Below are positions 39,059-52,420 of a DNA stretch of 64,000 nucleotides, piece after piece; within the stretch, counting starts at the first letter, position 1; every line of letters begins with the position of its first letter. Source of the stretch: Octopus vulgaris. Its lineage: Eukaryota. The stretch lies in contig OX597824.1 in NCBI GenBank assembly GCA_951406725.2, positions 92,070,001 through 92,134,000 of the forward strand, given 5' to 3'. Made by a program: the position numbers and the translations under genes. Below the pieces are notes generated by a model. It searched no databases, was not told where the DNA came from, and worked only from the letters and a program-made list of their open reading frames with translations.

Positions 39059-39065
<7 letters not shown>
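38609..39065. repeat. Near-perfect fold-back palindrome (arms about 225 bp, 6-nt loop, 2 mismatches and 1 indel) between (TA)n tracts
   Basis: Arms 38609-38833 and 38840-39065, checked by eye. Confidence 0.97.
38969..39012 (+). ncRNA. Minimal type I hammerhead, U3-A8 core variant; mirror copy on the minus strand at about 38662-38705
   Basis: TTACAG-TTGAAAA-GGTC(TCAAAAT)GACC-GAAA-CCGG-TA-CTGAAA. Stem I CAG/CUG, stem II 4 bp, palindromic stem III ACCGGU, predicted cleavage after 39006. Confidence 0.72.
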
Positions 39066-39147
<82 letters not shown>

Positions 39148-39151
<4 letters not shown>

Positions 39152-39360
39152 GTGTTTCCGTCTGTGTTTGTCCTCTCCAAAATCGCTTGACAACCGATTT
39201 TGGTGTGTGTACGTCCCTGTAACTTAGCGCTTTGACAAAAGCAACCGATAAAATAAGTACCAGGCTTACAAAGGATAAGTCCGGTAGTCGATTTCTTCGA
39301 CCCCAAAAAGGAGGTGCTCCAGCATGGCCACAGTCAAAATAACTGAAACAAGTAAAAAGG
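39148..39360 (+). mobile_element. SINE family A, 3' half
   Basis: gtctgtgtttgtcc...atcgcttgacaaccg...gctccagcatggccacagtcaaa. Confidence 0.85.
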
Positions 39361-39363
39361 AGA

Positions 39364-39438
<75 letters not shown>

Positions 39439-39597
39439 CATGCTCTGTGTGTGTGTGTATGTGTGTGCGTACATCTATCTGTATACGTCCGTTGTTCTGT
39501 ACATAAATACAGCGATAGACAGACCGAGAAAAGACGAGAAATGTATTCACAATATCTGAAAGAAGTATAAACAAAAAATGGCGAACAAACCATTATC

Positions 39598-39660
<63 letters not shown>

Positions 39661-40152
39661 CATTATTATTTGTTCTTCCAATATGGCGGCGCCGTAGAGA
39701 AAGTGCATCGTCTTATTAGGAGTGTCTTTCAAATGAACACCGTGAAAATTTGATTATGGACGAACGATATAATTAATGTTTGCTCTCTCTAATATCTAAC
39801 ATTCACTCCTACGTTTCACCACACACAAATAATCATTCGTTTCCTTGTATTTTCATATTATTTTTTGCAGCTAGCCTTCACTCTGTTATTTTCTCAGACT
39901 CACCCACCCATCCACTCATACGCTCACTCTGTCTCTCTCACGCCCACGCACACACAAACAGAGTCTCAGCTTGAGTCAATCTATTTATTCTCCCCATTTC
40001 TCTTCTAAACCGTTATATTTTAAACTTGCCTGCACTTATTCTCCTTCTTCTTTACATTCCTTGCATCGTTCACTAAAATGTACGCCGTATTCCAATGTGT
40101 GTAAACTTCTATTTGGCTCTACAGCCCACCTTACTTCACCCCACCACGGTCG

Positions 40153-40214
<62 letters not shown>

Positions 40215-40218
<4 letters not shown>

Positions 40219-40525
40219 CACCGTGATCACCGTGACCGACCAGGCCATCAGATGTTGTTACACATCGCTGGTCACAATGCGCTTCGCATTGTTTTAGCCT
40301 TCAAATGACGCCACCCCGCTGGCTAAGCGAGCAGGCCAACAGAAGAAAGAGTGAGAGAAAGTTGTGGCGAAAGAGTACAGCAGGGATCGCCACCACCCCC
40401 TACCGGAGCCTCGTGGAGCTTTAGGTGTTTTCGCTCAATAAACACTCACAACGCCCAGTCTGGGAATCGAAACCGTGATCCTACAACCGCGAGTCCGCTG
40501 CCCTAACCACTGGGCCATTGCGCCT

Positions 40526-40529
<4 letters not shown>
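40215..40529 (-). mobile_element. tRNA-derived SINE family D, copy 2
   Basis: Reverse complement of 21364-21671, inserted in (TA)n/(CA)n. Confidence 0.9.
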
Positions 40530-40602
<73 letters not shown>

Positions 40603-40771
40603 CGAGGAGGAGGGGAAGGAGGAGAAGGACGATGAGTACGAGAAGGAGTAGGAGGGGGAGGAGAAAATGAAGAAGAAAAAGAAGAGGGTGGAAGAAGAGG
40701 AGATTGAGGTGGACGAAGAGAAGAAGAAGAAGAAGAAGAAGAAGAAGAAGAAGAAGAAGAAGAAGAAGAAG

Positions 40772-40802
<31 letters not shown>

Positions 40803-41666
40803 CGCCTAAATGATATATTAAATGGAAGAACACCTTTTTCCGAACATGCAAAGCAAATTGTGAAATAAGATGAATGACTGAATTGAAACTCGGAAAAAAG
40901 AAAGAAAATTGAAAGAAAATTGAAAGAAAATATACAACAAAAATAAAAGAAACAAAACAGGAATGGAGACTGCAATAATAATAACAACAATAAAAATAAC
41001 ATCAAAATAAACAAAATAAGTTGATTTTAGGTGAAAGCAAACTATTTTAGAATTTTTTTGAAATACCATCGATTATTTCACGAATGAACGTCCATTTATT
41101 TCCTATCGTTTAAGAAAGATTGAGAGGGGAATCTTTGATATTTATTTTTCGCGTATTTCACACAACCAGATTCGTTTTCGTTGCTGTACTTCCTTCATTT
41201 GACGCAACGAAAGATTTCCTTCACTAAATCGAAAAATTCTTTCCCTCGAAAATATTTTGTTATATTCTTTGTTATTTTTTATTTTTTATATTCATCGTTT
41301 CAGTTCTCTTTTTATTTCGTATTTCAATTCAATTTATATCTGATTCCACCCCAGTTTTTGTTTTCACCTATCATGGCGATCCTTTCTTTTCGATTCCCTA
41401 TATCGTTGCCCCTTTCTCTCGCTCTTCTTTTTGAATTGATCTCCGTGACATTTCATTCTTTCTCTAATTCAACCTCTTTTTTTCTATCTTCCTCATTTTC
41501 ATATTCAACTCTCTGTTTATTTCCTTCCTGCTTTATTTCCTTCTTTCCTTATTTCTTTCTTTCTTTGCTTCTTTCTGTCATTCACTCATTTTTTCTTTCT
41601 TTTTTCTCTTCCTCTCGATCTCTTGGTTTTTCTTTCCCTCTTTCTTTCTATCTATCATTCTTTCCT

Positions 41667-41733
<67 letters not shown>

Positions 41734-41770
41734 ATCTATCTATCTATCTATCTGTCTTTCTGTCTTTCTG

Positions 41771-41804
<34 letters not shown>

Positions 41805-42011
41805 TTTCTTCCTTTCTGTCATTCTTTGTTTCTATCATTATACTTTCATATTTTGTTCTATTATCTCATACGCTGCCACAAACATCGCCTTCACCCCCTT
41901 CCTCTTCCTCCGCCTTCCCCCCTCCTCTTCCTCAACCTCTTCTTCTCCTTCATCTTCTCTCTCTCTATATATAAATAAATATATGCGTGTGTGTGTATAT
42001 GTATGCATATC

Positions 42012-42096
<85 letters not shown>

Positions 42097-42218
42097 CATT
42101 ATTATTATTATAATTATTATTATTATTATTATCATTATTATTATTATCATCATCATTATTATTATTATTATTATTATCATTATTATTATTATTATTATAA
42201 TTATTATTATCATCATCA

Positions 42219-42249
<31 letters not shown>

Positions 42250-43099
42250 CATTATTATTATTATTATTATTATTATCATTATTATTATTATTATTACTAT
42301 TATTATTATTACTATTATTATTATTACTATATTTATCGTGCACTATATCGGTGCAGCTCGGTACAACCACATAAAACTGATAATGACTGTTGGTATTATT
42401 AGAATGTAGCCGGCATAATTAAATCGATGCTCTTTATGTTCACACTCAAAAATATTTTCTCTAAAAGAACGGAAAGGATATCTTTTAAGAATATAATTAC
42501 AAAATTATTATTATAATTAAGGGAGGTAGAATTTCAGCGCCTAGACGCTAGAAGTAGATGTCAGATACCTATGATCTACTCTAAGTGTTTAAATACTAGG
42601 TAAAGAGCAAGAAAATTTAGTAAGATTCGTATAATCCTATATCTTAAGATTTCATTCTCTGTAGTAAAGATTACTTTACACTCCTCAGTAGAGATATACC
42701 GACAACGTATAAGCGAAAAATACAAATGCATACCGATAAATTTTTGCGTAAATCATGCAGTTCCCGCGTAAACGTTACATCTAATCGCACATCTCGGCCA
42801 TGTGCTTGATGTCAGAAATCATGCGGGTTAAATGTAGTAACACAACATAATATAGTGACTACACAACTTAAAAATTATTTATACATAAGAATTGCGGATA
42901 CAATCATTAAGATCATTATATCAGTCGCTGGCGTGAAAAAGAACAAACATATCGGTAAAATTAATGGCATTTCAGCGCCCTTAATTATAATTATATTTTT
43001 ATAATTAAATACTTAAAAATTAATTTTACCGTTATGGTCTTTTTTTCTAAGCTAGTCACCGATATAAACATTTTAATGACTATGTCCTCAATATATATG

Positions 43100-43136
<37 letters not shown>

Positions 43137-43220
43137 TTGTGTGTGTGTGTTTGTGTTTGTAACTATGCCGTAAAGTAAATTCGGTAGAGGGAAACTGTGT
43201 GGAAGCTTGTCAATTATATA

Positions 43221-44140
43221 TTGGGTCATTCCATAAATAATGCAGCTTTTTTTAATTGCATGAACTAAAAGTCGGAGGCGGGACGGGATAAACTACCTGC
43301 ATGAACTTCCTATAAAAACAGCTAGTAATCTAAACTTACTCTTAGTGCAAATTTTGAAGAGTGCAGTCCGATTTTAACAGTTATGTTTTCAAAGCTCTAA
43401 TGGAAGTGACAAAAAAGTATATTTGGCATATTTTGCTTCATGACTTCAATAAAGGCAACAACGCGATGGAAAGTGCGAAGAATATTATTGCAGTGCATGA
43501 AGATCACACAATAAGCTGTCACGTCTCACGAATCAGACCTTTATAAAAATGCCAAGCGCCGAAGACAGTGGGTAGAGAAACGAGAAACACTGGCACTCCA
43601 CGTAGGAGTTATCTGTTTGGTGGGATATGAAAGATTTATTTCACTTTGAACTTTTAATCCGAAACCAAACGATAACAAAGGAGATCTACTGCGAGCAGCT
43701 TGAGCAGCTTAAATCAGTGCTAGAAAGAAAACAACCATTTTTGGTTTCAAGACGAAAGATGTTCTTCCATCAGGATAATGCTCGGCCACATACAGGGAGG
43801 ATGGCATTCCCAAGCAGTTTGAATGGGAAACGATACCCCACCCACCATATTCTTCGGACATTACCCCTTTTGATTATCATTTATTCCGCAGTCTTCAAAA
43901 TCATCTGGATGGAAACAATATGAATTCTGTAGACGAGGTCAGAACAGTACTGGAGGAGCATTTTTTGTCACAGAAAAGGGAATCTTGGCAGAAGAGGCCT
44001 TGCAATTCTACCAGATAGATGGAAGAGCCTTGTAGAAAATGAAGGAGAGTATATTTTAGATTTAAAAATAATTTTATTTATCTTAATTTTAAAACATAAA
44101 AGAAGTATAAAAAAACTGAATTATTTACGGGATTACCCAG
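43221..44140 (+). mobile_element. Internally deleted mariner transposon with TIRs and TA TSD, nested in a SINE family A remnant
   Basis: Left TIR ttgggtcattccataaataatgcag, right TIR ctgaattatttacgggattacccag, TA on both sides. Peptides MEVTKKYIWHILLHDFNKGNNA, FHQDNARPHT and HPPYSSDITPFDYHLF. SINE A halves at about 43165-43215 and 44150-44360. Confidence 0.92.
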
Positions 44141-44454
44141 TATATGAATATATGTGTATGGTTGTATTTGTGTTTGTTTGACATAATATCGGCTGAAAAC
44201 TGGTGTTCGTTTGTTGAAGTTCCCCTCGTAACATACTGGTACCGCAAAATATAGGATAAGTATCAAAAGTCAAAAGTAAGTTCCGGGGTTTATTTGTTCG
44301 ACTAAACCCTTGGAAATATTGCTGCAGCATGGTCGTGTCACCATGACTAAATCCAGTAATAGATGATACAATGTCTTTATTACTTCTCGCTTACATGTGT
44401 TGACGCTGTACTTTTATGTTTCAGCCTGGTGCTTTCTTCATATGTGTATTGGTT

Positions 44455-44506
44455 CCATCTGATGAGATTGCGTGTATGTTGTGCTATAGGTCTGAAAAGG
44501 TAGATG
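44455..44506 (+). ncRNA. Decayed hammerhead-like motif with canonical CUGAUGA
   Basis: CCAT-CTGATGA-GAT...GGTC-T-GAAA-AGG-TA-GATG. Stems I and III are imperfect. Confidence 0.4.
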
Positions 44507-44701
44507 AAGGGCTTGGTTTGTTTTTGTTTGGAGCAGAATCCTTTTTACAAAAACACTTCAGACTGGAAACATATTTCTGAACACCATCCCATCTACTTAG
44601 TGTTCGATGTGGCTGTTTTCATATTCCATTATGCTGTGTGAGTGAATATATACAATACAGGGATAGATAAATAGATCAATAGACAGATAGATTGATAAAG
44701 G

Positions 44702-44742
<41 letters not shown>

Positions 44743-44921
44743 TTAAATAGATAGAGAGGGGGTGGTATATAAATAGATAAATAGAGGATAGATAACTTGA
44801 TAAATGGATATATATATATATATATAGTGAGAGAGAGAGAGAGAGAGAGAAAGATGGAAATGGGAATACAGATAAATAGCTGTACGTATGATAAACTTGT
44901 ATAAGTATGTATGTATGAATA

Positions 44922-44972
<51 letters not shown>

Positions 44973-45056
44973 TTTTGTATATCTATATATACACATATAC
45001 ATACGTATATGTATATCTATATATACACATATACATACGTATATGTATATCTTTAT

Positions 45057-45087
<31 letters not shown>

Positions 45088-45295
45088 TATATATGTATTT
45101 ATCTTTGTATAAAATCTATGTACACAAATGTAAATATAGAGCTTCATGAACGTTTTATAAGCAATGGCAATAGATGAAGTAAAGAATGTTCTATACTCTT
45201 TGAATCTGCAGCTTCTGGAGTGGCAACACTGGGACACATGCAGCGGAATAAAGATAAAAGCTATTGTTCAAAAAATCTGGCTTCCTAATTATTCT

Positions 45296-45518
45296 TATTT
45301 CTTTATTGCCCACAGGGGTCTAAACATGGAGGGGATAAACAATGGCAGACATAGGGATTAAGTCGATTACCGTGCGTAACTGGTACTTAATTTATCGGCC
45401 CCAAAAGGATGAATGGCAAAGTAGACCTCGGCGGAATTTGAACTCAGAAAATAACGGTAGACAAAACAACGCTAAGTGTTTCGCCCTGCGTCCTAACGAT
45501 TCTGCCAGTTCGCCGCCC
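45296..45518 (-). mobile_element. SINE family B
   Basis: Collinear with 4528-4758. Confidence 0.87.
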
Positions 45519-46148
45519 TAACTACAAATAATACAATAAAACCTGCAATATAAACAAATAAGAAGGAACATCACTGATATCTCTGCCATACGTGAATCAA
45601 TATGCATTCTTCAAAACTCTCGTCCCACGTCTTCTCAATATTCGAAGTCTAACGATCGTCATTTTCTTATATGAATTTCAAGCGCTCTAAAATATTATAT
45701 GTTCTTTGAAACGTTCTCGAGGAACGAAGTTTTGGCTGAAGTCATTTCACCCCAGTTGAACTTGTCTAAGAGTGCAAATGAAAGAGAGCTCTGTTTAAAT
45801 TCGTGACCTAAAATATATATTTAGGTGAAAGAAACAATAATATTCTTAAAACTAATGTAAAAAATGTCATATTTAACAATATCATTATCCATTAAATTTG
45901 GAAACCATTTTCACATATATGAAAAAAATAAAAACTATATTTTGAATGCGTATAATATTTTCCTGTCTACACATATAAATATAATTTAATCACTATAATT
46001 TCTTTCAAAACTAATCCAAAAAAATAATAAAGAAGGAAATTACAACATTTAAATGGGTAAGAATTGTTGTATGAATGAGATAAAAACAGCAATCGAAGGA
46101 ACATGATTCGGAGCCTTCTTGTCGTTGTGTTATTATCTAATTTCTGCA

Positions 46149-46456
46149 GGGCGGCGATCTGGCAGAATTTTTAGAGCGACGGATAAAAAACCGGAATTTC
46201 TTCTCATCGATTTTCTTGTTGTATTATCTCTATTCGCCTGAAGGTGGCGGACTGACAGAATTGTTTGCAAAACGGACAAAAATGCTTAGCGCCATTTTAG
46301 CGGCTCTTTTTTCATTTTGAGTTCAAATTCAGCTGAGGTCGGCTTTTGATTTTCATCCTTTTGGAATCAATAAATTACAGGTCCATAACGAAGCCGATCT
46401 AGTTGATATGCCCCACCACTCAAAATTGGTAGATTTGTGCCCACATTATAAAGAAT
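46149..46456 (+). mobile_element. SINE family B, diverged, with duplicated head
   Basis: ggcggcgatctggcagaat and ggtggcggactgacagaat heads, then gagttcaaattcagctgaggtcg. Confidence 0.7.
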
Positions 46457-47049
46457 TATTTAATATAACAAGATACTATAGTACATTGCAGTATATTTGT
46501 TAAGGGTCTCGGGATTTATTTTCTCTTATCCTAATTTAAAGTGAAATGGCTGCGCTCAAATTCATCTTAACACACTAACGACGGAGCGTGTTTCAATGGT
46601 TATAGCATATAACATGAATGCAAAAGAAACAAGGCAACAGCAAATTTCTCTCAACGATTAGCCAGAGATGATTTCTAAAATGAAAATATCTGAAATAAAC
46701 TCGATTGCCCACTCAAACGAGAATACTAAAAATGAACCCAACCGCTCTCAAAAGTTAAGTTTAAAGAACGGTAAGATAATCCAGAATCCTTGTCCGATAT
46801 ATGATCGATCCCAATGATAGTCATGGAATGTGAATGTGGCTGTAGAAAATTTAGTAACAACATTACTAATTTATTTTCATCTAATACAAGCCAATGTTAA
46901 TAAATTCACCTTTCAAAATAGTTACAGCCTAAAGGGAGATAATTGAGAAAGACTTGAAAGTTAACGTAAGATCATAAGCATGTAAACTAAATATAAGAAA
47001 TAATCCAGAATCCTTCCCGGTACCGGATCGATCCTAAAATCAAATCAGT

Positions 47050-47364
47050 TCGACCCCAGTACGCAACTGGTACTTAATTTATCGACTCCAAAGGGATGAA
47101 CAACAAAGCCGACCTCCGCGGAATTTGAACTCAGAACGTAAAGACAGTCGAAATACCAATTTCTTTACTACCAACACAGAGAAGGTAAACAAGGACAGAC
47201 AAACGGATGAAGTCGATTATTACGAACCAGTGCGTAACTGGTACTTATTTAATCGAACCCGAAAAGATGAAAGGCAAGGTCGACCTCGGCGGAATTTGAA
47301 CTGAGAACGTAACGGCAGACGAAATACCGCTTAGCATTTCGTCCAGCATGCTAACGTTTCTGGC
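47050..47364 (-). mobile_element. SINE family B, partial dimer
   Basis: Same internal restart junction as 16828-17241. Confidence 0.85.
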
Positions 47365-47384
47365 AATAAAAAAAAAGCTTCAAT

Positions 47385-47488
47385 AACTGTTACCCAAAGT
47401 TTCACGTGACCGTTCATTCGTCAGACTGTTCTGTAAGTTCAGTATTTTCACACCTGCCTGATGAACAGTCACAGAGAACTTAGACTAA
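47385..47488. ncRNA. Hammerhead-like motif on the minus strand (47385-47430) with a decayed inverted partner on the plus strand (47458-47488)
   Basis: Minus: AACAGT-CTGACGA-A-TGA(ACGG)TCA-CGT-GAAAC-TTTGG-GTA-ACAGTT. Plus: ctgatgaacagtcacagagaactt. Confidence 0.45.
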
Positions 47489-48378
47489 CATTTTGCGAAG
47501 ATCTTTCAGCTTTAATAAAATAGCATATTTATATATATGCGCACAGTCAACCACACACACATGCATATATGTATAAAGATATATTCATATAAATATCTGA
47601 GCTATAGAACGAACAATAATACATATTATAAGGTAGTAAAATGAGCGAGAGAACGAGATATCAGACTTAGAGAGGGAGAAGGCAGAGACAGACCAGTGTT
47701 ATCATGCCTTAAAATAAAACTGTACTATAATAAAGAGGTGAACTACATTGGTTCCTGTGTCCGTTAATGACCTTTACCTATAAATCTAAGTATGTTCTTT
47801 CCTTCGGCATGGAAATTAACTTTAGAAATGTATTCTTAATTTCTTAAAAAATCTCCCATATACTTTCAGACTTACAAGCAATTGTCACTTATAAATGCCG
47901 CTGGGGTTACAGGCTTTTTGTTTTCCTGTATCGTATTCAGGGGGAATTTACGATAAATTACGAATATATTGTTTATCGTATCTTACTTACAATATTGGTC
48001 ATTAACAATCTTACATAAACACATACATACATGTTCACAGGAACACACGCATGCACACACATGCATATATGTCGGTCAAAGAAGCACATGTGTATATGTG
48101 TGTATGGACATATATATAAATGCATATATAAATATAAATGTATATATATATATTTATATATAGATACATCTCTGTCTCTCTCTTTCTCTCTTTATATATA
48201 TGTATGTATACACGTATATCTGTATATACACATATATAATTCTGTGTCTACGTGTGCCTGTGTGTGCCTATTAATATAATGATATATTTGGGGACGGTCA
48301 TTTTGCCAATAAACACGAACTGTTTATTTAATCTTCACCACACGCACTATTTATTTGATCTTGACTTTTGTATTATTA

Positions 48379-48447
<69 letters not shown>

Positions 48448-49155
48448 GTCAATTTTTCAGAGGCTCTTTTCCTCATGTTCTATAAACTTATCAATGACTA
48501 ACTGTCATTTGAGGAATACAGATTTGAGGAATACAGAAAGAAAACAATAAGGAGTAGGTAGAGTAGCAGCAACAGAACAGTGACGCTCATTTTCAGTAAT
48601 CTTTCGGCAAAAGGAACTCCATGAACGTTAAATAAACTAAAATCTCAATCAATTAAAAAAAGAGGAAACCAACTAAAAAATTAATCAATAAGAAAGAAAG
48701 AAGAACTTTCATATTACTACAATATTAAAACGTTAAGGCATAAACAAAATAGATTTAATTGTATCATTTGCCAATACAATTTCCAAGAATTTTCACATCC
48801 ATTCATTTATAATTTGCGTAGATATTTTGTGATACATTTTGCCATTTGAAATATTTAAAAATATTTTCTTGTATTAGAAATAACCGGTGAGTGATTTATC
48901 TACATTCAATATCTGTGAGAAATCTTAGTCTGCAAGTATGAATATTTCTTTTATATTTCATTGCAGTTATTTCTTCCTCCTTATTCAAATCCTCGTCGTC
49001 CATCTATAAAATATACAGACATACAGACATTTATACAACTAAGCTATCGTTATAAATAGGTAAATATATATACAGATGTGTGTGTATGCATGTATGTATA
49101 TAAATATATATGTATATATATTACACACACACACACACATACATATATATATATA

Positions 49156-49235
<80 letters not shown>

Positions 49236-49995
49236 CACAGATATTCCGTAAGTGAATAGACACCTTTAATTTTCAAAATTAATACCTAAATATCTCAATA
49301 TCTTTTCAGCGGTGTAGAATTTACAATGTTATTATCCATTTGTCATTCCAGGTGCCATTATACTAAACATTTGCGAAGAGTAACTATGCCACGCGCAAAA
49401 AATTCAGAAGAACTGTAAGATTTTCTAAGATGTTGTATTGTTGGGCAATCTGAGGCTGGTCTTAGTCATCGAAAAATTGCAGAAATTTTTCAAATTCTTC
49501 TTGCTACTGTTGATAGAATTATAGTGAAATTCAAAAGCCAAAGAAAAGAATCAATAGATTCTCATCCCGGCTGACTTGTGCCTAGGAAAGGAAGCTTCGT
49601 TGTTTGAAGAGAATTGAGGAAAACGAACCCCGTTCGAAGGCTTCTGACATTGCAAAACAGCTAGAATTTAGTCCAAGAATGTGTGTTATATATCTGCATA
49701 AGCTTGGGTATTATGGAAGAGCAGCTAGTGGAAAACCTTACATTCAAGCAATTAATATCACGAAAAAAAAAAAAAAAAGGAAATGGGCTAAGGAGATGTC
49801 AGAAAAATCCAGTTCATTTGGGATAGAGTGATTTTCTCAGATGAATCCAGATTTGCATTATTTTCAGACAGTGCACGTGATTGGGTCTGGAGGCTTCCCA
49901 ATCAAGAATTTAATTTGTATCTGTATGAGGAGCTGTCATACAGACAGAAACCAAAATCTAAAGATGAATTGTTTCGATTGTTGCATGAAAATATA
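49236..49995 (+). mobile_element. Decayed, internally deleted Tc1-family transposon, same family as 1-916
   Basis: ATG at 49386: MPRAKNSEEL*DFLRCCIVGQSEAGLSHRKIAE...; YLHKLGYYGRAASGKP; VIFSDESRFALF (first D). Confidence 0.85.
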
Positions 49996-50034
49996 CTGTA
50001 TATACTTATTTATATTTTATTAGATATTACCCAT

Positions 50035-50115
<81 letters not shown>

Positions 50116-50116
50116 T

Positions 50117-50208
50117 ATTCAGTAGTTTTATTTTTATAGCGTGCTTTCACTTCACTATCCAGCGCAGCTCTGTGTGCCTTGGGTATGTGCTGTGATTTGT
50201 TGTGATGC
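50117..50208 (-). mobile_element. R4/Dong-like element, 3' UTR-only insertion in (TAA)n
   Basis: Nearly identical to 36296-36385. Confidence 0.88.
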
Positions 50209-50247
50209 TTTGTTGTTGTTGTTATTCTTCTTCTTCTTCTTCTTCTT

Positions 50248-50278
<31 letters not shown>

Positions 50279-50814
50279 TTATTATTATTATTATTATTAT
50301 TACAATTAAACCGTTTTTTCAACAATTTAGTGGTTTTATACATCATTACATATCTACAACACATGTCGTAAAAACTGTTACCTAAATACATCATCTGAAT
50401 GAGTGCATGCATTTTCGATGCCGATATGTGAGAAACGTGTGAAACGGAAGGCAAGTGCTACCTTCGAGCTGCTGGCATAAGAAGAAATTTCTCTCTAACA
50501 GCACCTTCATCTTGAATATAACGACTACAAACTATACAAATTCTGAACGGCACATTCAGCAACGTTATTTTCCGTCCTACGGTATTCCTAGAATGTAACA
50601 ACCCATTAGAATCTAATAATTACATAATGACAAGCAAATTCTGGCCCTAATATTACAAGCATTATTTGTAATCATGTGCTGTATGACAACATTAATTATC
50701 AAGTAAAATTGGATTTGGGTTTAATTAATTTAGTAAAACCTAGATCGAGTAGCCGTAACCGTAATGTCTTGTAGGAATACTTTCAAAATTCCAAACATTA
50801 AAAATGTAAAGATA

Positions 50815-50962
50815 GTGCAATTGCAAAAATCGTATTGGATTGCTTAGAACTGCAAGATTTCTCCGTAAGGTTCTTGAAGTCTCACGTTAGGTTACTGGTT
50901 GCTTACAGCTTAAACTTTCTAGCATACCCAGCAAATTAAGCTGAAAATTTTCATTAGAATAA
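50815..50962 (+). mobile_element. 3' end of another R4-like RLE element with a (TGA/TAA)n tail
   Basis: LQK...LLRTARFLRKVLEV. The UTR resembles 54600-54700. Confidence 0.6.
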
Positions 50963-50985
50963 TGATGATGATGATGATGATGATG

Positions 50986-51019
<34 letters not shown>

Positions 51020-51153
51020 TAATAATAATAATAATAATAGTAATAATACTAATAATAATACTAATAATATTAATACTACTAATACTACTACTATTACTAC
51101 TACTACTATTGCTACTACTACTACTACTACTACTACTACTAAACTACTACTAA

Positions 51154-51239
<86 letters not shown>

Positions 51240-51244
51240 TGATG

Positions 51245-52420
51245 ATAAATTCTTTATTGACCAAAAAGTTTTTACGTCAAGAAAAAGATTCTACTTGACA
51301 CATGACAAACCATTGAATATGTGTATGTGTGTGCGTGTGTGTTATTGTGATGGTTTTGCGTGTAAACAGGTTTGATGCAAAAAAAAACGAACAAACAAAA
51401 ACATTTTCACCAATGTGTAATCATCAATAGGAAGGAGACGTACACAGCCTAGTCATAGAAATATACGATAAAACGACGGGTGCCCTGATTTCCGGGGCCA
51501 GTCCCTTTTCTCACTTTCGCATCTCCGATTACTGGCGTATACTCAGGGCAGGCCTATTCACTCGCTCCCTACTCGCCAATCTCATATGCTTTTCAGCAAA
51601 ATGGCTCGAAGGTAACATTTCCTTCTCCACCGTATTTTCCTCTTCAAATGAAATTTGAAGAAGTTGATGAGAGATTGACCAAAATAGAGGATGTTTGTCT
51701 CCAGGTCCTTTAATTGCGTCTACGATACACTCTCTTTTGGCACGGTCACCAGGTGTAAAAATACTGCATGCCCTTCTCTATTAAAAGTAGGGGGTGGGCC
51801 GACCTTCTCGATAGATTCAGTTGACGGCGGATCCCTTTCACACGCATCAACAGGAGCTCGACATAAACCCACAGGTTAACAATGCTCGGACACAGGATGA
51901 GTGTATGTTGGACGGTTTGTTTCCCTGCGTAAATCACGAGCATTTTCGGCTGACGGCACTTCCGTGCCTGTAGGTTTATCTCGCACAGGCAAAGCTCCCC
52001 CGTAGCACTGTCAGGCCAATGATCTTTGGCAGCTATCCATCGGTCCGGGGTCGAAATTTCTCTGGAAAAGAGCGGCTAGTTGAACTTTCTCGACACCCAG
52101 TGTCTTACCAAGAACATCGTCGTACTTTTCCTCCACTAATTCTGCAGAGAACGCTAAAGTGGACATTCCGCCTATCCCTGTGTCCGACTGGCCGAGGGCT
52201 GTGAGCGCTTGAAGATGTACTTTTCAAATGCTTTCTCTCGGTCTCTATTTGCTGGGCTACAACACCATAAAGGAGGCTACCTGCCGAAACACGTGTTTAG
52301 CGAATAGCGACGTCACCTGTTCTCCGCTACGGAATAGCTGGAGATGTCTTAGCCTTAGTGTATCTTTGCTAATAATCAGCCACATCGTGCTCAGTCCAGC
52401 ACGCAACGGGTGTAGATAGC
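51245..52420 (-). mobile_element. L1/Tx1-like LINE, decayed 3' part of ORF2 plus 3' UTR
   Basis: The minus strand reads QRSLA*QCYG...TVQHTLILCPSIVNLWVYVE (zf-RVT-like) ...LINFFKFHLKRKIR. caataaagaattt precedes an (ATC/ATT)n tail. Confidence 0.8.

Noticed and set aside
46775-47050. Repeated taatccagaatcctt...gatcgatcc motif (two copies)
   Set aside because: Probably fragments of a Helitron-like repeat. No termini are visible, so I did not call it as a feature.
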